Source of the DNA: an uncultured Fibrobacteraceae bacterium
GTDB taxonomy: Bacteria; Krumholzibacteriota; Krumholzibacteriia; LZORAL124-64-63
Direction: 5' to 3'
DNA: 44,308 bases
Assembly: GCA_964562635.1 (NCBI GenBank)
Contig: CAZLUL010000001.1
Coordinates: 1-44,308 of the forward strand
The position numbers and the translations under genes were made by a program. Shown piece after piece: positions 1-9,016 of this stretch. The notes under the pieces were generated by a model. It was not told the origin of the DNA and made no database searches. It worked only from the letters and a program-made list of their open reading frames with translations. Within the stretch, counting starts at the first letter, position 1. Each line of letters opens with the position of its first letter.

Positions 1-1905
1 ATCCGGGTGGGCCTTCTCGATCTCGTCGAGCAGGATGACGCTGTAGGGCTTGCGGCGCACCTTTTCGGTGAGCATGCCACCCTCGTCGTACCCCACATAG
101 CCCGGAGGTGCTCCGACCAGTCGACTGACCGAATGCTTCTCCATGTACTCGGACATGTCGACCCGGATCAGGGCGCTCTGGTCCGCGAACAGGAACTCGG
201 TCAACTGACGCGCAACCTCGGTCTTGCCCACACCACTGGGACCCATGAAAACAAAGGAACCGATGGGACGGCGCGGGTCGCGCAATCCGGCTCGGTTGCG
301 CCGGATGGCCTTGGACACCGCAGCGAGGGCATCGTCCTGGCCGATGACCGCCTTGCCGAGCTCCTCTTCCATGCGCAGCAATTTGTCGGTCTCTTCTTCT
401 TCGACTTCGGAAACCGGAATGCCCGTGATGTCGGCAATGACCTCACAGATCAGCTTCTGGTTCACCATCGTCTTGGGATCCGAGCGGTCGGTATCCCAGT
501 TGTGCTTCATGTCCTGGAGTTTCTTCTTCAGCTCTTTCTCTTCGTCGCGGAAGGAAGCAGCCTTTTCGAACTCCTGGGCCTGGATCGAGGATTCCTTTTC
601 GGTGATCACCTGTTCGATCTGCTTTTCGATTTCGCGCAGATCCGGCGGCACCACGGTCATGCTCAGGCGTGCCCGGCTACCGGCCTCGTCGATGATGTCG
701 ATGGCCTTGTCCGGCAAAGCCCGGCCGCTGATGTAGCGGTTGCTCAGCCATACACAGGCCTTGAGGGCTTCGTCCTCGTACTTGACCCGATGATGGGCCT
801 CGTACTTGTCGCGCAGGCCAAAGAGAATCTGGACGGTCTCTTCCTCGGATGGCGGATTGACCGTAACAGGCTGGAAACGCCGTTCCAGCGCGCCGTCTTT
901 CTCGATGAACTTGCGGTATTCGTCCATGGTCGTGGCGCCCACACACTGGATTTCGCCACGACTGAGGGCAGGCTTCAGCATATTCGAAGCGTCAATGGCG
1001 CCTTCGGCCCCACCGGCACCCACGATGGTGTGCAATTCATCAATGAAGAGAATCACATCGGGATTTTCGCGGATCTCCGCCATGATCTGTTTGAGGCGTT
1101 CCTCGAACTGGCCGCGATATTTGGTGCCGGCCACGACACTGGCCAGATCCAAAGTCACGATTTCCTTGCCGCGCAGCAGCGCCGGCACATTGCCCTCGAC
1201 GATCTTGGTGGCAAAGCCTTCGACGATGGCCGTCTTGCCCACGCCGGGTTCGCCGATCAGGACCGGGTTGTTCTTCTTGCGGCGGCTGAGGATCTGGATG
1301 CAGCGGTCAATTTCCCGGCTGCGACCGATGGTCGGGTCCAGTTTGCCCTCGCGAGCCATGTCGGTCATGTTGCGACCGAACTGCTCGAGTACCGAATTTT
1401 CCTTTTTCTTGTTCGCGGCCGCCGGACGCTTGCGCCCGGGCTTGCCCTTGGCCGACAGGCTGGATTCGCCACCGCCGAGGGATTTCATGACCTCGCGCTT
1501 GACCACTTCGTGATCGGCGCCCAATTCGTTCAGAACCCGCGCCGCCACCCCTTCGCCTTCGCGAATCAGGGCCAGCAGCAGATGTTCGGTGCCCACGTAG
1601 TTGTGGTTGTGCAGGCGGGCTTCATCGATGGACAGCTCGAGGACCTTCTTGGCCCGCGGCGTGAAGGGAATTTCCCCAATGCTGACCGGGCCCATGGGCG
1701 CGGTAACGGCATCCTCGACGGCTTTCTGGATGCGGTCAAAATCAAGGTTCATGCGGCGCAGCACATTGGCCGCCACGCCTTCACCCTCGCGGATGACGCC
1801 GAGCAGCAGGTGCTCAGTACCGATGTAGTCGTGCTGCAGTCGTCCGGCCTCGTCACGGGCCAAAAACAAGACTTTACGCACTCTTTGAGTAAAACGGTCG
1901 TTCAT
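1..1905 (-). CDS. clpC: ATP-dependent Clp protease ATP-binding subunit ClpC (class I AAA+ unfoldase); C-terminal end cut by the window edge
   Basis: Absent from the ORF track because it runs off the window. Reverse-complement translation from ATG 1905..1903 reads [36 protein letters not shown] (Clp N-domain). Second-module Walker [12 protein letters not shown] lies at about 217-250. [40 protein letters not shown] lies at 1-120. GGAGG sits 9 nt upstream of the ATG. The listed + ORF 7..1953 is its antisense shadow. Confidence 0.93.
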   Translation of the reverse strand, partial: MNDRFTQRVRKVLFLARDEAGRLQHDYIGTEHLLLGVIREGEGVAANVLRRMNLDFDRIQKAVEDAVTAPMGPVSIGEIPFTPRAKKVLELSIDEARLHNHNYVGTEHLLLALIREGEGVAARVLNELGADHEVVKREVMKSLGGGESSLSAKGKPGRKRPAAANKKKENSVLEQFGRNMTDMAREGKLDPTIGRSREIDRCIQILSRRKKNNPVLIGEPGVGKTAIVEGFATKIVEGNVPALLRGKEIVTLDLASVVAGTKYRGQFEERLKQIMAEIRENPDVILFIDELHTIVGAGGAEGAIDASNMLKPALSRGEIQCVGATTMDEYRKFIEKDGALERRFQPVTVNPPSEEETVQILFGLRDKYEAHHRVKYEDEALKACVWLSNRYISGRALPDKAIDIIDEAGSRARLSMTVVPPDLREIEKQIEQVITEKESSIQAQEFEKAASFRDEEKELKKKLQDMKHNWDTDRSDPKTMVNQKLICEVIADITGIPVSEVEEEETDKLLRMEEELGKAVIGQDDALAAVSKAIRRNRAGLRDPRRPIGSFVFMGPSGVGKTEVARQLTEFLFADQSALIRVDMSEYMEKHSVSRLVGAPPGYVGYDEGGMLTEKVRRKPYSVILLDEIEKAHPD

Positions 1906-2160
1906 TCCGACGCGCCTCCATTGGCAGTGTTCCCGGTCGCGGGTTCGGGTTGAATCCCGACACGGATTGGGGCCTGAAAATTCCATTTCCAGGGCCGAGT
2001 GTCTGAGAAAAATATACTGGAGCCTGCGTGCGAACGCTACTCATGCCTTGGATTACCGGTATGGCGAGGCAAAAATCGGGCCGGGCCCCACCTCGCCCCA
2101 TTGGCTCATACCTTGGCATTTTCGGGTCTTATGGGGGTAACTTTAACGGGGATTGCCGGT

Positions 2161-3216
2161 TCAGGCGGCAAAAAATTCCCGCAACAGGGCCGCCCGGGCC
2201 GCTCCCTTGTCGCGACCGGACAACTGATGCCCCACGGCGAGTTCCAGATGGGCTGTCTGCTGCTGCACCGTCAACTGGTTCAGGCGACCCGGATCCAGGG
2301 CCGGCAACAGTCCCAGTCCCACCCCCAGGCGGATATTGGACAGGCAGTCAAACGCCTCCTGGGCGGTGATAACCCGGGCATTGGCCACAACGGCCCAACT
2401 GCGGTGCACCATGTCCTCGATGCCCAAATGGTCTCGCCCGAAGAGTTGGTTGCGGGCCGATCTTTCGTAGGTGATGATCTTGCCCACGTGGGCCTGGAAG
2501 TCGTCGGCAATTTCGCTCTCGTCCCGACCCAGGGTGATCAGATTGCTGATCTGGAACAGGGCGCCGCGCACGGCACTGCCTTCGCCAAAAAGCCCACGCA
2601 CCGAAAACTGCAGTTGCCGCAGGGCGTTGAGCACTTTTTCGATTTCGCCCACCAGGACCAGGCCTGGCAGGTGCAGCAGGGCGCTCAACCGCAACCCTGT
2701 GCCAAGGTTGGTCGGACTGGCCGTCAGGTAGCCCCATTCGGGACTGAAGGCTGACTCGACTTCCTGTTCCAGTTCCGCATCCAGGGCCATGATCGACGCC
2801 AGCGCGCCCTGGGGATCAAACCCCGCCTGATAGGCCTGCAGACGCAAATGGTCTTCTTCGTTGATCATCGCCACGCGGCCCAGGTCTCGGGCAATGACCA
2901 TGCCCCGGTTGGCCGGACGGCTGACCAATCCGAAAGACGCCAACAGCTTCTCCTGCAGGGCCCGCCGCTGCACCGCTTCCAACTGGGCAAACCCCACATC
3001 CCAGCCATCGGCGAAGGCCGGTAGCCGAATCAGGCGGCGCGACAGATCAGCCAGAATGGTTTCCAGTTCCACGTCGGTGGCATGGTGCGGAAAAGGAAAA
3101 TCCGGCAGGTTGCGCACCAGACGGGCCCGGGTCGACAGCGCCACATCAGAAAAAGGTCCAGGTTCCGTCAACCAATCAGGATTGCGTTGGTCAAAATCGT
3201 CGAAAAAGCCACTCAT
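2161..3216 (-). CDS. mcsB: Protein arginine kinase McsB (ATP:guanido phosphotransferase family)
   Basis: 351-aa ORF with guanido-kinase catalytic-domain motifs NEEDHLRLQ, SPTNLGTGLRLSALLHLPGL and GLFGEGS. Its ATG overlaps the mcsA stop as ATGA (3213-3216). Position between mcsA and clpC matches the known module. Confidence 0.9.
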   Translation of the reverse strand: MSGFFDDFDQRNPDWLTEPGPFSDVALSTRARLVRNLPDFPFPHHATDVELETILADLSRRLIRLPAFADGWDVGFAQLEAVQRRALQEKLLASFGLVSRPANRGMVIARDLGRVAMINEEDHLRLQAYQAGFDPQGALASIMALDAELEQEVESAFSPEWGYLTASPTNLGTGLRLSALLHLPGLVLVGEIEKVLNALRQLQFSVRGLFGEGSAVRGALFQISNLITLGRDESEIADDFQAHVGKIITYERSARNQLFGRDHLGIEDMVHRSWAVVANARVITAQEAFDCLSNIRLGVGLGLLPALDPGRLNQLTVQQQTAHLELAVGHQLSGRDKGAARAALLREFFAA

Positions 3217-3746
3217 GAGGTCCCTCCGGCCGGATCCTCTTCACCCTTCAGCCGGTCCCGATCGATGATCATCTTGCGCATGATGTCGCGCAACCGGGCG
3301 GCCTCTTCGTAATCTTCGCCGCGGATGGACTTCTCCAGCGCCACCCGCAGGCGCGTGATTTCGCCCTGCTGGCTGGCCATGCCCCCGGCCTGACTGGGCA
3401 CCTTGCCAAGATGCGAAGCGTGCCGGTGGTAGCGCGCCAGCACCGGTACGACCTGCGTCCGGAAATGGGTATAACAGCGCGGGCATCCCAGCCGATTGTT
3501 GTCCTGAAATGATTTGATTTCGTAGCCGCAACTGGGACAGGCGGCCACGCGGGACGACCCTTCGCCGGTATCGGCGACCTGGCCCAGGAAAGAGGCCAGG
3601 GAGGGCAACTCTCCGGAAGACGCTTTGGTATTTTCGTTTCGACCCGAGGCGCAGATGTTGCACAACCAGACACTCTTGCGCTCACCGTTGATCAATTCCA
3701 ACACGTGGGTGGTGGCTTCGCGCTGTCCGCACATATGGCAATTCAT
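3213..3746 (-). CDS. mcsA: McsA-like activator of protein arginine kinase (zinc-finger plus UVR-motif protein)
   Basis: 177 aa with four CxxC pairs (CHMC, CNIC, CPSC, CPRC), followed by a UVR-type helix EDYEEAARLRDIMRKM. It lies immediately upstream of and overlapping mcsB. Its ATG overlaps the lolD stop by 1 nt (TGATG at 3744-3748). Confidence 0.75.
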   Translation of the reverse strand: MNCHMCGQREATTHVLELINGERKSVWLCNICASGRNENTKASSGELPSLASFLGQVADTGEGSSRVAACPSCGYEIKSFQDNNRLGCPRCYTHFRTQVVPVLARYHRHASHLGKVPSQAGGMASQQGEITRLRVALEKSIRGEDYEEAARLRDIMRKMIIDRDRLKGEEDPAGGTS

Positions 3747-4435
3747 CAGGCCAGTCCTTCCGCCGGTACCAGAGCCATGTCCCGCAGATCCAAAACCCGA
3801 TCGGCCCGACCGGCCAGCGCCAGGTCGTGCGTGACAATGACCAGGCTGGTGCCTTCGGTTTCCCGCAGGTGAAAAAGCATATCGCCCAGATGGGCCCCGA
3901 TTTCCGGATCCAGATTGCCGAAGGGTTCGTCGGCCAGGACCACTGCCGGGCGGTTCATGAAGGCGCGAGCTACAGCCACCCGTTGCTGCTCGCCACCGCT
4001 CATTTCACCGGGCAGGTGACCGGCCCGATCGCTCAGCCCCATGGTCTCCAGGAAACCTGTTGCCCTACTGCGGTCCTTGTCGGTAACCGGTCGGCGGCTC
4101 ATCACCGGCAGCAACAGATTCTCCAAGGCCGTGAAATCCGGCAACAGGAAATGGAATTGGAAGACAAAACCCACGCCGCGGGAGCGCCACTGGGTCAGGG
4201 AGCGGTTGTCCCTGAAGTTCAGGGGCTGCCCCCCGTGCAGGACCTTGCCGCTGGTGGGCGTATCGAGGCCACCGAGAATATTCAGCAGGGTGCTCTTGCC
4301 CGAACCGCTGCGCCCGGTGACCGCCACGGCCTCGCCGCGCGCCAGGGAAAAATCACAGTTTCTGAGCACCTGAACCGCACCACCGGCGCGGGGAAAGCTT
4401 TTGTTCAGTTTCTGCGCTTCAAGCAGCGTTGGCAT
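3746..4435 (-). CDS. lolD: Lipoprotein-releasing system ATP-binding protein LolD (ABC ATPase)
   Basis: Walker [20 protein letters not shown] signature [15 protein letters not shown], Walker [13 protein letters not shown]. Directly downstream of a LolC/E-type FtsX-fold permease. The LolD versus MacB/FtsE-like assignment rests on that context. Confidence 0.82.
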   Translation of the reverse strand: MPTLLEAQKLNKSFPRAGGAVQVLRNCDFSLARGEAVAVTGRSGSGKSTLLNILGGLDTPTSGKVLHGGQPLNFRDNRSLTQWRSRGVGFVFQFHFLLPDFTALENLLLPVMSRRPVTDKDRSRATGFLETMGLSDRAGHLPGEMSGGEQQRVAVARAFMNRPAVVLADEPFGNLDPEIGAHLGDMLFHLRETEGTSLVIVTHDLALAGRADRVLDLRDMALVPAEGLA

Positions 4436-4474
4436 AGGCAGGTGTCCTTTGGGTCGCGCCAGGTATCAGACCTG

Positions 4475-5719
4475 CTACGTGTAGCGAATGATGTCCATGG
4501 GTTTCAAGTTCGAAGCTTCCCAGCTGGGCCATAGCCCGGCGGCCAGGGACATCACCAGGGTGACCACTGCGATGGAAATGAAGTCGGTCCACTGCAATAG
4601 AACCGGTACGGTTTCGACGAAGTACACGTCGCCCGGCAATTTGATGCCAAATTTTTCCAACACCACGATTCCAAGCAGCCCCAGTAAACTGCCAAAAAAG
4701 CCTCCCACCAGCCCCAGCCAGACCCCATTGAAGAGGAAAACCCCCATGACCTGACTGCGCTTGGCCCCCATGGCCAGCAGGATGCCGATCTCTCGCCGAC
4801 GCTCACCGACCATCATGGTCAATATGCCGATGATGTTGAAACCGGCAATGAGAATGATCATGCCCAGCAACAGGATCATGATGACCTTTTCGAGCTTGAT
4901 CCAGGTGAAAAGATTGGCGTTGAGGGCCATCCAGTCGGTCGCGTAGTATGTTCGGCCCAGCTTGTCCTCGATGCGGTCGCTCACGATGTCGGCCCGCATC
5001 ACATCAGCGACCTTCACCCCCAGCACGGAGGCACCGCCGGGCTGGTAGCCGAGCATCTCAGCGGCCGCTTCGATACCGGTGTAGACAAAACGGCTGTCGA
5101 ATTCGTACATGCCGGATTCGAAATAGCCGGTGACCACAAATTCCCGGCTGACGGCCGCGATGTTGTCCAAATCCAACTCGCCATTGACCGAGGTCAGGAT
5201 CACCGTGTCGCCAATGGCCGCAAAAAGGATATTCGCCAGGTCAGCGCCCAGAATGACCCGCGGAACCCCCGGCCGATTCAGACTGCCGATCACCTCGGGG
5301 TTGGGCCGCACGTTCTCGTTCATCGGCAACACCGTATTGACCAGGTCCGGTTCGATGCCCCAGATCACGCCCGCCTGCGGTCGCGGCGGGCCGTATGATC
5401 GGGCCGCCGTGATCAGGATTTCCTGCCGGATGAACGGCGTCACCCCCACCACTTCGGGATCCGCGGCGATCGAGTCGATTACCGCACCGACCTCGGACAG
5501 GCCTTCGGCTTCGCTGGTCCAAACCGAAATCATGGGCATGTTCTCCACGAACACCCGTTGCATCTCGGCGTGAAAACCATTCATCACCGCCAGGGTGATG
5601 TTCAGCACCATCACACCCAGGGCAATGCCAATGATGGCCGTGACACTGCCGCGGCTGAGGAAGCGACTGTTGCGGCGACTGCGCAGGTAACGGCGGGCGA
5701 TGTGGCCGGCAAATTTCAT
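4475..5719 (-). CDS. lolE: Lipoprotein-releasing system permease, LolC/LolE family (FtsX-type)
   Basis: ORF 4475..5773 trimmed to ATG 5719 (MKFAGHIARRYLRSRRNSRFLS, the typical LolC/E N-terminus). Architecture is one N-terminal TM helix, a large periplasmic domain and a C-terminal three-helix FtsX domain (IILIAGFNIIGILTMMVGERRREIGILLAMGA). Confidence 0.85.
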   Translation of the reverse strand: MKFAGHIARRYLRSRRNSRFLSRGSVTAIIGIALGVMVLNITLAVMNGFHAEMQRVFVENMPMISVWTSEAEGLSEVGAVIDSIAADPEVVGVTPFIRQEILITAARSYGPPRPQAGVIWGIEPDLVNTVLPMNENVRPNPEVIGSLNRPGVPRVILGADLANILFAAIGDTVILTSVNGELDLDNIAAVSREFVVTGYFESGMYEFDSRFVYTGIEAAAEMLGYQPGGASVLGVKVADVMRADIVSDRIEDKLGRTYYATDWMALNANLFTWIKLEKVIMILLLGMIILIAGFNIIGILTMMVGERRREIGILLAMGAKRSQVMGVFLFNGVWLGLVGGFFGSLLGLLGIVVLEKFGIKLPGDVYFVETVPVLLQWTDFISIAVVTLVMSLAAGLWPSWEASNLKPMDIIRYT

Positions 5720-5726
5720 CCCAATA

Positions 5727-7235
5727 TCATCCTTGCTGCTCGGGCCGCATGTGGGGAAAGAGCAATACGTCACGGATGTTGTTGGTATCGACCAGCAGCA
5801 TCACCAATCGGTCGATGCCCATGCCCATGCCACCGGTGGGCGGCATGCCCTGCTCCATGGCCGCCAGGAAATCCTCGTCGATGGGTTGGGCTTCGTCGTC
5901 GCCCGCGTCCATCAGCGCCTTTTGGTCCTCGAAGCGTCGGCGCTGTTCACGCGGGTCATTCAATTCGCTGAAGCTGTTGGCAACTTCGAAGCCGGCAATG
6001 AACAGTTCAAAACGTTCGACCAGACCTTCGGTCTCGCGGTGAGCCTTGGCCAGCGGCGACAGCTCCTTGGGGTGGTCCATCACGAAGGTGGGCTGGATCA
6101 ATTCCGGCTCGACCAGAACGCTGAACATTTCGTCCAGGATCTTGTCGCGGCCCATGCCCTTCTTGATTTCGGCGCCGTGCTTCTTGGCCAGCACGCCGAG
6201 GTCCTCGGTCGCGACCTGCATCAAGTCCTGGCCGGTCTTTTGGGCCAGGGCATCCATGAAGCGCAAGCGGATGAAGGGCTGGTTGAAGTCCATCTCGTAT
6301 TCGCCGTACTTCAAGCGGCCTTCATCGCCAAAACGGATCGCCAGGCGGCGCAGCATGCGCTCGGTCAGGTCCATCATGTCATGGTAGTCCCAGTAGGCGG
6401 CGTAACACTCGAGCATGGTGAACTCGGGGTTGTGGGTGCGGTCCATGCCCTCGTTGCGGAAGTCCTTGGCGATTTCGTAGACCCGCTCAAGGCCACCGAC
6501 TATCAACCGCTTGAGATACAGCTCATCGGCGATGCGCATGTACAGCGCCATGTCCAGCGCGTTGTGATGGGTGGTGAACGGACGGGCCGTCGCCCCGCCA
6601 TACAGGGGCTGCAACACCGGCGTTTCCACTTCCAAAAACTCGTCCTCGGCAAAGAAGGCCCGGATGTCCGTGATAATGGCGCTGCGCAGCTTGAACCGCT
6701 CGCGGCTATCCAGATTCATCGCCAGATCCAGGTGCCGGCGGCGGCTCTTGTTCTCCAGGCTCATGTCGTGGAATTTTTCCGGCAACGGCTGGATGGCCTT
6801 GGCCAGGAATGTGAAGTCCTCCACCTTGACGGTCAACTCGTCGGTGCGCGTGCGGAACAGGGTGCCTTCGACTCCGATCCAGTCGCCGATGTCGATCAAC
6901 TTCTGGATCAGGGCAAAACGCTCTTCACCCAGATCGTCCTTGCGGAAGTAGGCCTGCATAATGCCCCATTCATCCTGGATGGGCACGAACAGGGTTTTTC
7001 CAGTGCCGCGTTTGGCCATGATCCGGCCCGGGAAGCGCACCTTGGTTTCATCGGCCACGAGTTTTTCCTCGCCCGCTCGCGCCTGCTCGCTGGTGTGGGT
7101 GCGGTCGTAACTGTAGGGATACAGTTCCACCGATTTGCCCAGTTCTTCCATCTTCTCCAGCCGCATTTCGATCAGGCGGTGGGGACTTTCTTCGGCAGCA
7201 TTCTGTTCTGCCGGGTTCTGCTCGTTCTTTGCCAA
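5727..7235 (-). CDS. lysS: Lysine--tRNA ligase, class II
   Basis: 502-aa ORF with class II motifs FRNEGMDRTHNPEFTMLE and GGMGMGIDRLVMLL, plus an OB-fold anticodon-binding N-terminal part. The start codon is TTG (shown as M in the track), preceded by GAAAGGGA. Confidence 0.95.
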   Translation of the reverse strand: MAKNEQNPAEQNAAEESPHRLIEMRLEKMEELGKSVELYPYSYDRTHTSEQARAGEEKLVADETKVRFPGRIMAKRGTGKTLFVPIQDEWGIMQAYFRKDDLGEERFALIQKLIDIGDWIGVEGTLFRTRTDELTVKVEDFTFLAKAIQPLPEKFHDMSLENKSRRRHLDLAMNLDSRERFKLRSAIITDIRAFFAEDEFLEVETPVLQPLYGGATARPFTTHHNALDMALYMRIADELYLKRLIVGGLERVYEIAKDFRNEGMDRTHNPEFTMLECYAAYWDYHDMMDLTERMLRRLAIRFGDEGRLKYGEYEMDFNQPFIRLRFMDALAQKTGQDLMQVATEDLGVLAKKHGAEIKKGMGRDKILDEMFSVLVEPELIQPTFVMDHPKELSPLAKAHRETEGLVERFELFIAGFEVANSFSELNDPREQRRRFEDQKALMDAGDDEAQPIDEDFLAAMEQGMPPTGGMGMGIDRLVMLLVDTNNIRDVLLFPHMRPEQQG

Positions 7236-7279
7236 GACAATTCCCTTTCTCAGGACCCCGCATGATGAGGGACCTCGAG

Positions 7280-8390
7280 TTATGAGGTTTTTTTCCGCGC
7301 ACCCATCCAGCGCAGGTAGGCTTCGGTGAACTGCTCGATATCACCATCAAGCACCGCCGTCGTATTGCCTGTCTCATGATCAGTGCGGTGGTCTTTCACC
7401 TTGGTGTAGGGCTGCAGCACATAACTGCGGATCTGGCTGCCCCACGCGTTTTCCATTTTTTCGGCTTCGATGGCGTCGCGCTCTCTTTGGCGCTCTTCCA
7501 TCACCTTCATGTACAGCTTGGCCCGCAGCATGGTCATGGCACTTTCGCGGTTGCGGAGCTGGCTGCGTTCGTTCTGGCACTGGACCACAATGCCCGACGG
7601 TTCGTGGGTGATCCGGATCGCGCTGTCTGTCTTGTTGACGTGCTGGCCACCGGCGCCCGAGGCCCGGTAGGTATCGATGCGCAGATCCTGCGTATCGATT
7701 TCCACTTCAACATCATCGCTGACCAGCGGGTAGACATAGACCGAGGCAAATGAGGTGTGGCGCCGGCTCTGGGAATCGAAAGGCGAGATGCGCACCAGGC
7801 GGTGCACGCCCGACTCGCTTTTCAGGTAGCCGTAGGCAAAAGGCGTGTCGATTTCGATGACCGCCGTCTTGATGCCCGCTTCGTCACCCGCCTGCAGGTC
7901 CAGGGTTTTGGATTTCCAATCGTTGCGCTCGATGTGCCGCGTGTACATACGGTACAGCATCTGGGCCCAGTCCTGGCTTTCGGTGCCCCCGGCCCCGGGA
8001 TGAATTTCAAGCACCGCGCCGCGCTCGTCATCCTCGCCGCTGAGCAGGAACTGCGAGTCCAGTTTCTCAATGGCCCGCTCCAGGGCAGTCACACCCTGTT
8101 CGACTTCCCCGCTGGCGTCGTCTTCGCCTTCTTCCTTCATCATCTCGGCCATGAGCTCGGATTCTTCGACTTTGGTGGCCACTTCATCCAGAGGCACAAG
8201 CCACTGCTTGAGCGACTGCACTTTGCGCAATATTCCAGTGGCCTGTTCCTGATCATTCCAAAATTCGGGTGCGGCCTGCAGACCCTCCAGTCGGGTCAGC
8301 TCAGCCTGCAAGGCAGGCGCGTCAAAGACCCTCCTTGAGGGTTTCAAGTCGGTCTTGGCAGGTATTGATGCGGTCGAGCAGTTCTTTCAC
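7280..8390 (-). CDS. prfB: Peptide chain release factor 2, expressed through a programmed +1 ribosomal frameshift
   Basis: The main ORF 7280..8347 carries SPF (VRISPFDS) and GGQ (SGAGGQHVNKTDSAIRITH) motifs. Frame-0 leader from GTG 8390..8388 encodes MKELLDRINTCQDRLETLKEGL and ends at in-frame TGA 8324..8322 within CTT TGA C. A +1 shift joins it to ...DAPALQAELTRLEG. Confidence 0.93.
8321..8335 (-). other. RF2 recoding site: internal Shine-Dalgarno AGGAGG, then slippery CTT TGA C
   Basis: The minus strand reads AAGGAGGGTCTTTGAC. AGGAGG is at 8335..8330, CTT at 8327..8325, TGA at 8324..8322 and C at 8321. Confidence 0.9.
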
Positions 8391-9016
8391 GGCTGGGTCT
8401 CTCTTCCCGGTTTCCCACGAGGCCAGATCCGCAAGGTGCGGGCCTCGAGTTCGTCGAGCGTTCCGTCGTTGACGATGATTTCATCGGCCCGGGCCCAATG
8501 AGCTTCCAGATTCTCCTGCGCCTCAAGGCGCCGGCGGGCGTCCTGGGCACTCAGCGCCCCGCCCGATCGCGCCACCAGGCGCTGCAAACGCTGTTCGACC
8601 GGCGCGACCACCGCCACGACCAGGTCAACTGCCGGTGGCGATGGCAACAGAAAGTACACGGCGGCTTCGAACACGGCAAGCTCATGCTCGCCCGCAGCCG
8701 CCAGAATGTCCAGTTTTTCGGTGGCCAGGACCGACAATGGCCCGTGCATGATGGCATTGAGGCCGGCCAGGGCCTCCGGATCGGCAAAAACCAGGGCTCC
8801 CAGCGCCGCGCGGTCCACTTCGCCATCCTGCACATAGCCGGGTCCGATTTCGCTAACGATCCGGGCCTGGATCTCCGGCCGGGACAGCAGTTCGTGGCCC
8901 AGGCGGTCGCCGTCAATCACCACGGCACCTGCTCGCCGGAGAATTTCGCTGACGGCCGACTTGCCGGCACCCGCTGGTCCGGTCAAGGCCCAGACTGCCA
9001 TGGCCGCCGAACTCAT
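8387..9016 (-). CDS. coaE: Dephospho-CoA kinase
   Basis: 209 aa with P-loop ALTGPAGAGKSAVSEIL followed by VIDGDRLGHELL, typical of CoaE. Its ATG overlaps the polA stop as ATGA (9013-9016). Its TGA overlaps the prfB GTG start. Confidence 0.87.
   Translation of the reverse strand: MSSAAMAVWALTGPAGAGKSAVSEILRRAGAVVIDGDRLGHELLSRPEIQARIVSEIGPGYVQDGEVDRAALGALVFADPEALAGLNAIMHGPLSVLATEKLDILAAAGEHELAVFEAAVYFLLPSPPAVDLVVAVVAPVEQRLQRLVARSGGALSAQDARRRLEAQENLEAHWARADEIIVNDGTLDELEARTLRIWPRGKPGRETQP

Noticed and set aside
7-1953. 648-aa plus-strand ORF, the first entry in the ORF track.
   Set aside because: It lies exactly antisense to a textbook ClpC reading frame (N-domain, Walker A and the GYVGYDEGG...DEIEKAHPD motifs on the minus strand). 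Its own translation is low-complexity and rich in G, A, R, L, H, D and V with no recognisable motif. It is a shadow ORF caused by G/C-rich third codon positions.
1945-1960. tRNA-like GGGTTCGGGTTGAATCCCGA segment resembling a T-arm.
   Set aside because: The stem TCGGG/CCCGA encloses a 6-nt loop TTGAAT, not the 7-nt TTCRANY loop. No matching acceptor, D or anticodon arms can be built from the flanks, and the upstream partner would fall inside clpC. I treat it as a simple leader hairpin.
2062-2097. Hairpin GGCGAGG...CCTCGCC with an internal T5 run, considered as an mcsB terminator.
   Set aside because: The T-run lies inside the loop of the strong outer stem. The alternative inner stem is only about 3 bp, and the outer stem is not followed by a U-tract. 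It is not a convincing intrinsic terminator, so I kept it only as part of the structured clpC leader observation.
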